Shown here piece by piece: positions 30,547-39,814 of a stretch of DNA of 64,000 nt (within the stretch, counting starts at the first letter, position 1; each line of letters begins with the position of its first letter). A program made the position numbers and the translations under genes. The DNA lies in contig CAVPQB010000004.1 in the NCBI GenBank assembly GCA_963707505.1, positions 1,248,001 to 1,312,000 on the forward strand, written 5' to 3'. The stretch comes from an uncultured Gemmatimonadales bacterium. GTDB lineage: Bacteria; Gemmatimonadota; Gemmatimonadetes; Gemmatimonadales; Gemmatimonadaceae. The notes below the pieces were generated by a model. The model saw only the letters and a list, made by a program, of their open reading frames with translations. It was not told where the DNA came from and did not search any database.

Positions 30547-30564
30547 ATGTGAAAAATTTCACTA
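30547..30564. promoter_or_regulatory. Rex-type (or CRP/FNR-family) operator upstream of nuoA
   Basis: ATGTGAA-AAAT-TTCACTA matches 12 of 14 positions of the Rex consensus TTGTGAA-N4-TTCACAA. Confidence 0.65.
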
Positions 30565-30578
30565 ATGCGTCTTGGGAG

Positions 30579-30607
30579 ATTTTAGCGTATGTTAAGACTC
30601 TTTTCAA
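30579..30607 (-). promoter_or_regulatory. Sigma70 promoter of the nuo operon
   Basis: Minus strand TTGAAA-17 nt-TAAAAT in an AT-rich intergenic region. Confidence 0.7.
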
Positions 30608-30631
30608 CGGAAACGATTTACTCGGAATTGA

Positions 30632-31183
30632 ATGTCCATTCAGTCTGATCGCTGGATCATCGAGCAAGCCGCGAAGGGAATGATCGAACCATTCGAGAAC
30701 AGCCAGGTTCGCTCCGGTGTCATCTCCTACGGTGTAAGCTCCTACGGCTACGACATGCGAGTGTCGAACCAGTTCAAGATCTTCACCAACGTCCTCAATT
30801 CGCTCATCGACCCCAAGGAATTCGATCCCAAGTCGTTCGTCGAGTTCGAGGGTGATGTCTGCATCGTCCCGGCCAACTCGTTCGCGCTGGCGTGCTCGGT
30901 CGAGTACTTCCGCATCCCGCGCGACGTCGTGACGCTCTGCGTCGGAAAATCCACCTATGCGCGCTGCGGGATTATCACAAATGTGACACCATTCGAGCCG
31001 GAATGGGAGGGATTCGTCACACTGGAGATATCGAATACAACGCCGCTGCCGGCCAAGATCTACGCCAACGAGGGGATCGCCCAGGTGATGTTCTTCAAAG
31101 GCGATGAGCCACCGATCACGTCGTACAAGGACAAGAAGGGCAAGTACCAGGGGCAATCCGGAGTGACGCTGCCGAGGCTGTAG
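30632..31183 (+). CDS. dcd: dCTP deaminase
   Basis: [49 protein letters not shown]. Confidence 0.97.
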   Translation: MSIQSDRWIIEQAAKGMIEPFENSQVRSGVISYGVSSYGYDMRVSNQFKIFTNVLNSLIDPKEFDPKSFVEFEGDVCIVPANSFALACSVEYFRIPRDVVTLCVGKSTYARCGIITNVTPFEPEWEGFVTLEISNTTPLPAKIYANEGIAQVMFFKGDEPPITSYKDKKGKYQGQSGVTLPRL

Positions 31184-31196
31184 GGGCGGGGAGACT

Positions 31197-31238
31197 CCGT
31201 CGTTCCGTCAGAGCCGTCCTCCGTCCCTCCTCCGTCCC
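31197..31238. repeat. CCGTC-rich tract with an 11-bp tandem duplication
   Basis: TCCTCCGTCCC twice (31217-31238); five CCGTC copies between convergent genes. Confidence 0.55.
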
Positions 31239-31261
31239 TGTTTCGCCGGCGCCGGGCCTCG

Positions 31262-31668
31262 TCACGTCATGACGCAGGGATCCAGGTAGAGCACCGGGAT
31301 CCACTGCGACAGGATGACAAGCGCCCCCAGCGCGCTGAGTCCAACGCCCGACGAGAGCCAGAAAGCTGCGATTGCTCCGAGCGGCCTCCAATTGCCGAAC
31401 GTCCGATTCGGCAGCCGCTCGGCGTCCGCGCATGCCACGCTACGAGTGCGGCGATGATGCAGAGGACAATCAGCGCCGCTGGCACGGCGTGCAGCAGGAT
31501 GCGCGAGACGGTGTCGAACCGGCCGCACGACCAGGAGACGAGCACGTACTCGACCGCCTCGTTGGTCAGCGCGGCGAGTGGACCGCAGAGAAAGCCGAAC
31601 CAGAGCGCGCCGGCGTGCACGGGATGCCCGTGCGACGACCGCGACGATGCATGGGTGATCTGCATCAT
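31262..31668 (-). CDS. Small 3-TM membrane protein of the cox operon (two frameshifts)
   Basis: ATGA-coupled to coxC; LWFGFLCGPLA...YVLVSWSC, then RSFLALVG and VGLSALGALVILSQWIPVLYLDPC in successive frames. Confidence 0.65.
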
Positions 31669-32273
31669 GTCCACCGCGGATACAGGAACAGAAGCACGAA
31701 TAGCGGCACCCACGCTGCGACGGTGAAGTACCAGTACAGCACGTCATCCACGACGTCGGACATGGTCCGAGCCCGTGCACGGCCGGTCCACAGGATGAGA
31801 GCGAAGCCTGCGTCTTCGGCGACATCGAGAACGAGCAGCGTGGTATGAAACCCAATCACGACCCAGGCGGCCGACCCGTATGCGTCGCTGTTCCATTGGG
31901 TATTGAGCGCGGGAAATTCATACCAGCGCAGGACGAGAATCCCCAGCTTGATCACGAGGGCGATCAGGAGCGCTATTCTGGTGCCGTTGACGTCGAGGCG
32001 TCGCGCAAACCGAGCCGCGAACAGCATTGGGACGATACTGATCGCCATCACGATCAGCTGGATGATCGGAACGCCAAGACTCGGCAAACGCGTTCCTTCC
32101 GGCGGATAGTGATAGAAATTCTTGCGCAGGTAGAGATACGCAAAGGCGCAGATGACGAGCGAGAGTCCTTCGGTCACCATGAAGCCGAGGGTTCCCCACC
32201 AGGTCGTGCTGCGGGGCCCGAAGGTCACATCCGGCAACTGAGAGACGTCCGCGAGTACGCGTACTGACTTCAT
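31665..32273 (-). CDS. coxC: Cytochrome c oxidase subunit III (short form)
   Basis: WWGTLGFMVTE, AYGSAAWVVIGFH, LYWYFTVAAW; ATGA-coupled to subunit I. Confidence 0.85.
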   Translation of the reverse strand: MKSVRVLADVSQLPDVTFGPRSTTWWGTLGFMVTEGLSLVICAFAYLYLRKNFYHYPPEGTRLPSLGVPIIQLIVMAISIVPMLFAARFARRLDVNGTRIALLIALVIKLGILVLRWYEFPALNTQWNSDAYGSAAWVVIGFHTTLLVLDVAEDAGFALILWTGRARARTMSDVVDDVLYWYFTVAAWVPLFVLLFLYPRWT

Positions 32274-34205
32274 CGTACGTCGTCCACCATCTCGGGACCC
32301 TCCGGCGGGTCGGGCCAAGCCCAACCGAGTGCCATCGGGAGCGCTACGATGGTGCCTATGATCAGGCCGATCGGCGCGTACACCGCCCCGATGAACGCGC
32401 CCCCTACTGCAAGCGCGAGCAGAAGCGGCCAGATCGTGTCGGTCGGCATTTCGTGCCTGCTCTCCGGCTCCGCGTTGTGAATTGTCGTCACCAGCACTTC
32501 ACGACGATCGGTTCGCAGTCCAGTCATTACGGGCACATCATCACGTTGCTCCCAGAGACCGTCACGGCTCGTGACGACTGGGATGTCGGGAAAGCTGCAA
32601 GGCCCCGGCGGTGATGTCGTCGCCCATTCGAGCGTGTCCGAATCCCACGGGTTGTTACCGGCAATCGCACCTGAGCGCAGCGACATGATGACGTTGGCGA
32701 GAAACACTATCACGCTGCTCGCGATTATGACTGCGCCGATGCTTGCGAGCAAGTTGAGCGGTCCCCATCCGGTCGCGGCGAGATATGTATAAACGCGTCG
32801 CGTCATCCCTTCCAGTCCCAGGATGTGCATCGGGAAGAACGTCGCATTCACTCCGATGAGGAACAACCAGAACTGCCACTTGCCGAGCCTCTCGCTGAGC
32901 ATTCGCCCGGTGATTTTGGGAAACCAATAATAGAATGCGCCGAACAAGGGGAACACTGCGCCGCCGAGCAGCACGTAGTGCAGGTGCGCAACGACGAAGT
33001 ATGTGTCGTGCACCTGCAGATCGAACGGCACCGACGCGACCATCACTCCCGTGAGTCCGCCAATGATGAACACGATGAAGAACCCCAGTACGAACAGCAT
33101 GGGAGTCGCAAGCCGCACTCGACCGTTCCACATCGTCGCGATCCAGCAGAATATCTGGACGCCGGTGGGAATTGCGATGGTGACACTTGCCGCGGTAAAG
33201 AAACTTTCCCCGAGCTGCGGCAGCGGCGTTGCGAACATGTGATGAACCCAGAGCCCGAACGCGAGCACGGCCGTCGCAACAAGCGAGAGCACCATCGCGG
33301 GATATCCGAAGATCTGGCGCCGGGTGAACGTCGTGACGATGCTGGATATCATCCCGAGGCCCGGGATGAAGATGATGTACACCTCCGGGTGCCCGAAGAA
33401 CCAGAAGAGATGTTGCCACAGTATCGCGTCGCCGCCCTCTGCGGGATTGAACAGGTGCGTGTCGATGGCGCGGTCCATCGCAAGAAACTGACTTGCGACG
33501 GCGACCCATGGCATCGCAAACAGGATCATGAACGACACGACAACCATCGACCAGACGAACAGCGGAATCCGATTGAGGGACATTCCCGGTGCGCGCTGCT
33601 TGAATACGGTCACGATGATCTGGATGGCCGCAATGATTCCCGCGATCTCGGTGAACGTCACCGTCTGCGCCCAGACGTCCGCGCGCTTACCCGCCGAGAA
33701 TTGCGGACCGGCAAGGGGCACGTACGCGAACCAGCCTACGTCGACTCCCGTGTTCATCAGAAACTCGACGTAGAGAAAGACGCACCCGATCAGATACGTG
33801 TAGTAACCGAACGAGTTCAGACGCGGAAACGCTACCTCGCGAGATCCGACCATGAGCGGAACGAAATACAGTCCCATCGCTGTCATCATCGGAACCGCGA
33901 AGAGAAACATCATCGTCGTACCGTGCGTCGAAAAGAACTGATTGTACAGGTCAGGGCCGAGTATGTGGTTCTCGGGGCGCGAGAGCTGAAGTCGCATCAT
34001 CGCCGCGTCGATTCCACCGAGCAGGAACATCATGAACGCCGTGATGATGTAGCGTTTCGCGATGCGCTTGTTGTCGGTCGTGATCAACCAGCCCCAGAAT
34101 CCCGGTGTCGGTTCCGCGCCAGGTTCGCTCGAGCTCGGCCATCGCGTCGGGATCCGCGCTGAGTGGCGTCAGCGGTGCTGCAACCGGGGTCGGCGCTGCG
34201 CTCAC
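32270..34205 (-). CDS. coxA: Cytochrome c oxidase subunit I, type A (frameshift at about 34112)
   Basis: THGTTMMF, WFFGHPEVY, WVHHMF, HDTYFVVAHLHYV, GMTRRVY; the N-terminus MSAAPT...ERTWR is in another frame. Confidence 0.93.
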
Positions 34206-35188
34206 TTGAGTCCCTCCAGGTAAGCTGTCACGGCGTGAATGTCGGCGCGCGAAAGATCAGTCGCGGGCATGTTCGAGCCTGGTTTGATTCGTTGTGGATC
34301 TGCTATCCACGATTCGAGATTGGAAGGAGTATTGGGGAGCACACCGGCGGCGAGCGTCATTCGGCCTCCGACATGTGTGAGATCCGGTCCCATCGTCGCA
34401 CCGGCCGGAGTGCCACCGATTGCATGGCACATCACACATGGTGCGGACAGAAAAACCTTCTGGCCGGCGGATCGAAGCGAGTCGGACGGCGCGGGCGGCG
34501 GCGGCGATTGGAGTTGCGCATTGTACCACGACTGGTACTGCTCGGGGCTCTCCGCGATTATGATGACTGCCATCTTCGCATGTTCCAATCCGCAGAACTC
34601 GGCGCACTGACCGCGGTACACGCCGGCGGTATCGACCTCGAACCATGCATCGTTGTGATGGCCGGGAATGAGGTCTTTCTTCCCGTTGAGATTCGGAATC
34701 CAGAAGCTGTGGATCACGTCGGTCGACGACAGGTTGAGCAGCACTGGCCGGTGTACCGGCACGTGTATCTCGTTCGCCGTCGTAAGGAGCCGCTGGGGTG
34801 CCGTATCCTGATACTGGACTTCCCACCACCACTGATGTCCTACGACGTCGATGTGCAGGGCATTCGTTGCAGCTCGCGGCGCGGCCACGGCGCGGCCGAC
34901 ACCGAAGTCGTAGAGGAGATATGCGAAGAGAATCACTACTGTTGCGGCAGTCGCGGCGGTAACAGCGCGGTGCATCGAAAGCTCGCGGCTCTGCTTCACG
35001 TCCGTCGCTCCAGACTTGTTCGACCGCCGCACTGCCGCCAGCGCCGCCACGATTACAACGACGTAAACAATTACCGACACGATCATCATGAAGGTGAAGA
35101 GTCCGAACACGACATGCGCCGACCCGCTCGACGGGCGAAAGACCGACTCATGTCCTGCCCACTGTGACGGAATCGGCAGTTGCATCAC
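34202..35188 (-). CDS. coxB: Cytochrome c oxidase subunit II with fused cytochrome c (caa3 type)
   Basis: GHQWWW, DVIHSFWIP, CAEFCGLEHAKM (CuA), CVMCH heme motif, KPGSNMP. Confidence 0.93.
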   Translation of the reverse strand: MMQLPIPSQWAGHESVFRPSSGSAHVVFGLFTFMMIVSVIVYVVVIVAALAAVRRSNKSGATDVKQSRELSMHRAVTAATAATVVILFAYLLYDFGVGRAVAAPRAATNALHIDVVGHQWWWEVQYQDTAPQRLLTTANEIHVPVHRPVLLNLSSTDVIHSFWIPNLNGKKDLIPGHHNDAWFEVDTAGVYRGQCAEFCGLEHAKMAVIIIAESPEQYQSWYNAQLQSPPPPAPSDSLRSAGQKVFLSAPCVMCHAIGGTPAGATMGPDLTHVGGRMTLAAGVLPNTPSNLESWIADPQRIKPGSNMPATDLSRADIHAVTAYLEGLK

Positions 35189-35745
35189 GGCATCTCAGAC
35201 GCGGGCGCGGGGCCCGTCGTTTTTGGTTTTCCCGTCTTGGTGTTTTGCTCCGACGACCGTCCATACATCTCGTCGGCACGCCCGCCACGTACGTCGCGGC
35301 GGCCGAGGCCGCTCATCGACCGCACGTAGGCGACGAGCTGCCAGATCTGATCGTTGGTGAGCTTGCCGCGGAACGCCGGCATGCCATTTGGGCGGCCCTG
35401 CTGAATGGTCGCGAAAATCTGGTCCGCATTGCTGCCGTATATCCAGTTTGCGTCCATGAGCGCGGGGCCCATTCCTCCACCTCCGTGACTGTGACATCCG
35501 ACGCAATTCATCTGCGAGAAGAGCTGCTTCCCCTGCGACATGCCGTATGCGTTGGCGTCGTACGGACCTGCCACGGAATCAGTCAGCACGACCGGCCCAG
35601 GCTGCAGGGTCGTAAGCCGAACCGTCGGCGTGGAGTTGGACTCAGGCGTACCGTGAAACTTTCTGTGTTCGCGGTCACACGCCAGAGCGCCGAACATCAC
35701 GAGCAGAGCAAGGGTTACCGTTCGTCGCATTGTAGTGATCTCCAT
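35185..35745 (-). CDS. Monoheme cytochrome c (XoxG-like), predicted lipoprotein
   Basis: Lipobox FGALAC, NCVGCH, GGGMGPAL.D..WIYG, GRPNGMPAF; follows xoxJ. Confidence 0.85.
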   Translation of the reverse strand: MEITTMRRTVTLALLVMFGALACDREHRKFHGTPESNSTPTVRLTTLQPGPVVLTDSVAGPYDANAYGMSQGKQLFSQMNCVGCHSHGGGGMGPALMDANWIYGSNADQIFATIQQGRPNGMPAFRGKLTNDQIWQLVAYVRSMSGLGRRDVRGGRADEMYGRSSEQNTKTGKPKTTGPAPASEMP

Positions 35746-35747
35746 TG

Positions 35748-36592
35748 CTACTGAACGATTGGCGCGTCGGCGCGCGGAACGCCGTACGACGCGAGTATGC
35801 GATCTATTTCCGGTCGGCGACGTACGATGACGGAGTCGAGCCTGCGCGCGAGCAATGAATCGCTGCGCCGAACCCCCATCGCGATATCGAAGACAAATGG
35901 CAGGAACGGAAGGTCGACCTGCGGCGCGACAGGCGTCACCGTGAGCGGCACGGGCTCGCGAGTGGCGAAGTATCCGCCCATCGGACCCCATACCACGGCG
36001 ACGTCGATCTCGCTGTCCGCGAGGGCGTCAACGATGCGCGCTGGAGGATTGGGACGGCGATAGTCGGCTTCGAGGTGGTAGCCGCGCACATTGCTGATGA
36101 TGTGACGCCTGGACAGTGCGTGCGCCGGAGGTGTGTTCGCACCGTCGTCGCCGACGAGCTGCACTCCAACGCGAACGTGACGCAGTATCGGATCGTCGAA
36201 CGACGCGACATGAGTCGAGCCGTTCGCGCGCGTCATGAAGACGTACGTCGAGCGATAGTACGGCTGGGTCGTCAGCAAGAGGTCCGAGTGCCGCTCGGCA
36301 CACCGATCCACACATCGCACTTGTCGGCCGTGATGGTGTTGCGCAGATAGCCGCGCCGTTGCGCCCACCACGTGTACTGCAGCCTTTCGTGCAGGTCTCT
36401 CGCGACGAGCTGCGCAATCTTGTTCTCGAACCCTTCGCCACGCGCGTTTGAGAACGGCAGGTTGTTGGGATCGGAGCAAACGCGCAAGCTCGCAACCTTC
36501 TCGGCGGCGGAAGTGCGCACGCAGCCGGCAACGGTCAGCGCTGCGATGGCTCCGCACAACAACGCGGTGACGTTACTTGAGGCCGAAGACAT
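35748..36592 (-). CDS. xoxJ: MxaJ/XoxJ-family substrate-binding-fold protein (frameshift at about 36290)
   Basis: LRVCSDPNNLPFSN..GEGFENKIA, WWAQRRG, PYYRSTYVF, NTPPAHAL, IDVAVVWGP, ILASYGVP; probable start MSSAS overlapping the dehydrogenase 3' end. Confidence 0.88.
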
Positions 36593-38448
36593 ACAGTGCG
36601 CCACCCTTGGTCGTGTACTTCGGAAGCTCCTTCATCGCATTCACGATGCCAAGCGCCGCGGATGGAGTCACGCGCGTCGAGATTTCCTGCGACGATTGCA
36701 CCAGCCCAGCCGCCGACGCCGATCAGCACCGCGACGTACTGCTTGTCCGATCCGGCCCGAGGAAGGTCGATCGGCTGTCCGATGATGCCCGATGCCTGTC
36801 TTCGCATTTCCACAGAAGCTTCCCGTCATGCGCGTCGACTGCCTTGAACCAGCCGTCCATCGTCCCGTAGAAAGACGACGTCGCCGGCAGTGACGAGTGC
36901 ACCGCTCCACACTGGAAACTGTTCCTGGATCGACCATACTTCGCCGCGCGTGAACCGGGTCCCACGCGGAAAACACGCCGCGGTTGCCACCGGCGCCGGC
37001 AAACATCTTCACGTTCATGCCGACATAGGGCGTTCCCTGCGATGTAGTTCACGTCGACCGCTCGGCATCCGTAGCACAGATTGTTGTGCGGCACGTACAG
37101 CAGACCGGTACGCGGTGAATACGCCGACGGCTGCCAGTCCTTTCCGCCCGGGGGCGCGGGGCAGATGTCACGCACGGTCACTTCCAGGTCTGGGATGCTT
37201 CTCGTGGGTTCGTCTGCACGGCCGGCCGGTTTTCAGGTCGATGCCGTCGACCGAGTTCACTGGCACGAACGGCTTGGCCGAGAGAACCTCTCCGTTCGTG
37301 CGATCGATCACGTACATGTAGCCGTTCCGGTCAGGGTGCACGAGAACCTTTCTCGTACGTTCCATCCATCGGAAGGTTCGAGCAGGACATTCTCGTTCAC
37401 ACCATCGTAGTCGTGCAGATCGTGCGGACTGAGCTGGTATGCCCATACGGCATCGCCGGTGTCGATGTCGCGCGCGAAGATCGTCGAGGTCCACTTGTTG
37501 TCGCCGGGGCGCTGATTTCCGGGTTCCACGGACCCGGATTGGCCGTACCGTAGTAGATGAGGTTGAGCGCGGGATCGAACGACACCCAGCCCCACAGCGC
37601 CGCCGCCGCCGATCTTCCACTGATCACCCTGCCACGTCTTGACGCCGAGGTCGGTGCCACGATCGCTTGCGTAGAACGGCTTGAAACGAGGGCCGATCAG
37701 AACGTCCTTGTCAGGGCCGGTGGCGTACGCCTTCCAGACAGTCCTGCCCGTTTTCGCATCGAGCGCCTGAATCCAGCCGCGCACACCAAGCTCGCCGCCA
37801 CTGTTGCCAACGATGACCTTCCCCTTAGCGACCAGCGGCGACATCGTCATCGTCTCGCCGGTATTGATGTCGCCGACCTTGACGTTCCACCGTTGGGCAC
37901 CGGTGGTCGCGTCGACGGCGACGACGTGATCGTCCAGTGTGTTGTAGTAGAGGGCACCATCGAAGTACGTCACGCCGCGATTTACGACGTCGCAGCACGC
38001 CACGCCCTGTGCTGCCGCTTCGGGGTTCGGCTTGTACGTCCACTTCACCGGCGCAACCGGGCCTGGTGAGATCGAGCGCGTACAGAATGTTCGGGAATGG
38101 AGTGACGACGTACATCGTGTTGTTCACGACGAGCGGCGCGGCTTCGTGGCCCCGCAGTACCGAAGTCGAGAACGTCGATACGAGTGTCAGCCGCGAAACG
38201 TTCGAGGCGTTGATGCTGTCGAGCCCACTGTATCTGGTATTGGCGTAATCCTTCGCCGGCTGCGTCCAGTCACCGGTCTCGGCCTCCGGATTTGCCCGCG
38301 TATCGACTGCGGGCGGCATGACGGCTTCGGAGGAGTGCGCTGGCTGCCGCGCACTCTGTTCTGGCGCGCCGCATGCAAGTGCGCCAAGCGCCACAACGAC
38401 TACGGATAAAGAAACCGCAACGACGCGAACCCGACACTCTCGTTCCAC
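36573..38448 (-). CDS. xoxF: PQQ-dependent methanol/alcohol dehydrogenase, lanthanide (XoxF) type; about 10 or more frameshifts as sequenced
   Basis: Fragments in successive frames: [106 protein letters not shown]. Confidence 0.85.
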
Positions 38449-38486
38449 GCTGTACGCCTCTTTTTTCGTGTTGTCGAACGCATCTT

Positions 38487-38502
38487 TGCACAAACTGTTC
38501 CC
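38487..38502 (-). promoter_or_regulatory. Possible sigma54 -24/-12 promoter for xoxF
   Basis: Minus strand GGGAAC-AGTTT-GTGCA (GG-N10-GC), about 40 nt upstream of the GTG start. Confidence 0.3.
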
Positions 38503-38517
38503 CTGCACGCTACCGAT

Positions 38518-39519
38518 ATGACTACCCTGTCTCCGTACGCGATCGTACTTGTGTTCTTCGCTCTACCACCCTCGGTGAGAGCGCAGGATCGCGCGCTTGC
38601 CTTCGTAAGCAACGAGTGGTCACACGATGTGAGCGTCATCGACATCGGCGGTCGACGAGTAGTTGCAACGATACCGGTCGGTTTTCGCGTACGTGGCATC
38701 CAGGCGAGCCCGGACGGGCGCACGGTGTACGCCGCGACGAGCGAGATGGACAGGAAGGCGCGGACAGGAGCGGCGGGAATCGTTGCGATCGACGTCGCAA
38801 CGCGGCGCGTGGTCGCGCGCTATCCCGCGGGGACAGATCCGGAGCAGTTTGCGGTATCGCCGGATGGACAGCGGCTCTACATCTCCAATGAGGACGCGGG
38901 CGCGGTGTCGGTACTGGATCTCAAGCGCAGAACTCTCGTCTCGAGCGCGGCCGTCGGCGTGGAGCCGGAAGGTGTCGCCGTGAGCCCGGACGGGCATGAG
39001 GTCTACGTGACGGCGGAAACGAGCAGCAACGTTTCGGTCGTCGACACACGTACAGGACACGTAACCTCGACCTTTCTCGTCGACGCGCGGCCCCGTGCCG
39101 CCGCATTTTCGCCCAACGGGAAGCGTGCGTACGTCACGGCTGAAGTTGGCGGAACGGTTTCACTGGTCGATCCAGCCCGGAACAAGGTCACGCTTCGCGC
39201 GCGAATCGGAGACGGAAATGGCAAGCCGGTGGGAGTCGTGGTATCGCCCTCTGGCGACCGCATCTACGTCACCGCCGGTCATGGCAACACGGTATCAGTG
39301 CTCGACGGCGCGACCCTTCATCTCATCGCGACCGTCCCCGTAGGCAAGCGACCCTGGGGGCTGGCGCGCACGCGCGACGGCTCCCTGCTCTTCAGCGCGA
39401 ACGGACTTTCAAATTCGGTGTCGGTGATCGATGCGCTCACCAATCGCGTGGTGGCGACCATCCCCGTCGGTAATCGTCCGTGGGGCATCGCTGTCGTCGA
39501 CCCCAAGGGGGAACGGTAG
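38518..39519 (+). CDS. YVTN-repeat beta-propeller (PQQ-catabolism-associated type), exported
   Basis: Signal peptide; repeated VSVID...ATIPVG..P.G.A.SPDG..YV blades; YISNED, GVEPEG, YVTAE. Confidence 0.88.
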   Translation: MTTLSPYAIVLVFFALPPSVRAQDRALAFVSNEWSHDVSVIDIGGRRVVATIPVGFRVRGIQASPDGRTVYAATSEMDRKARTGAAGIVAIDVATRRVVARYPAGTDPEQFAVSPDGQRLYISNEDAGAVSVLDLKRRTLVSSAAVGVEPEGVAVSPDGHEVYVTAETSSNVSVVDTRTGHVTSTFLVDARPRAAAFSPNGKRAYVTAEVGGTVSLVDPARNKVTLRARIGDGNGKPVGVVVSPSGDRIYVTAGHGNTVSVLDGATLHLIATVPVGKRPWGLARTRDGSLLFSANGLSNSVSVIDALTNRVVATIPVGNRPWGIAVVDPKGER

Positions 39520-39551
39520 TCGTCTGATGGAGATCGGTCGCGGCTGCGCTC

Positions 39552-39800
39552 TCAGCGCGTAAACAGTCCGACCGCGTAAACAACTGCGATCAATATTGCG
39601 ACCGCAATGGTGACCCATGCGATGATGCTCGGCCCGCTCCGCCCAACGCTTGGCGGTTCGCCAATAGGCGACCGCGCTTCCGGGCTGGTGCCGTCACCAA
39701 CCACGTACGTCGTCTTCTCGACCGCGTCGGCGCCGCCCAACGCTGTCTCGGAGTCCACGAATTTCGGTTCCGGATGATCGTTCGTGGACTCTCTCGCCAT
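39552..39800 (-). CDS. Small tail-anchored membrane protein, hypothetical
   Basis: 82 aa; GGAG RBS upstream; C-terminal hydrophobic helix; fills the gap after sdhB. Confidence 0.65.
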   Translation of the reverse strand: MARESTNDHPEPKFVDSETALGGADAVEKTTYVVGDGTSPEARSPIGEPPSVGRSGPSIIAWVTIAVAILIAVVYAVGLFTR

Positions 39801-39814
39801 TTGGCCGCTCCGGT

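Noticed and set aside
30533..31156. 207-aa minus-strand ORF opposite dcd
   Set aside because: Antisense shadow that runs through the nuo promoter; dcd on the plus strand has full family motifs.
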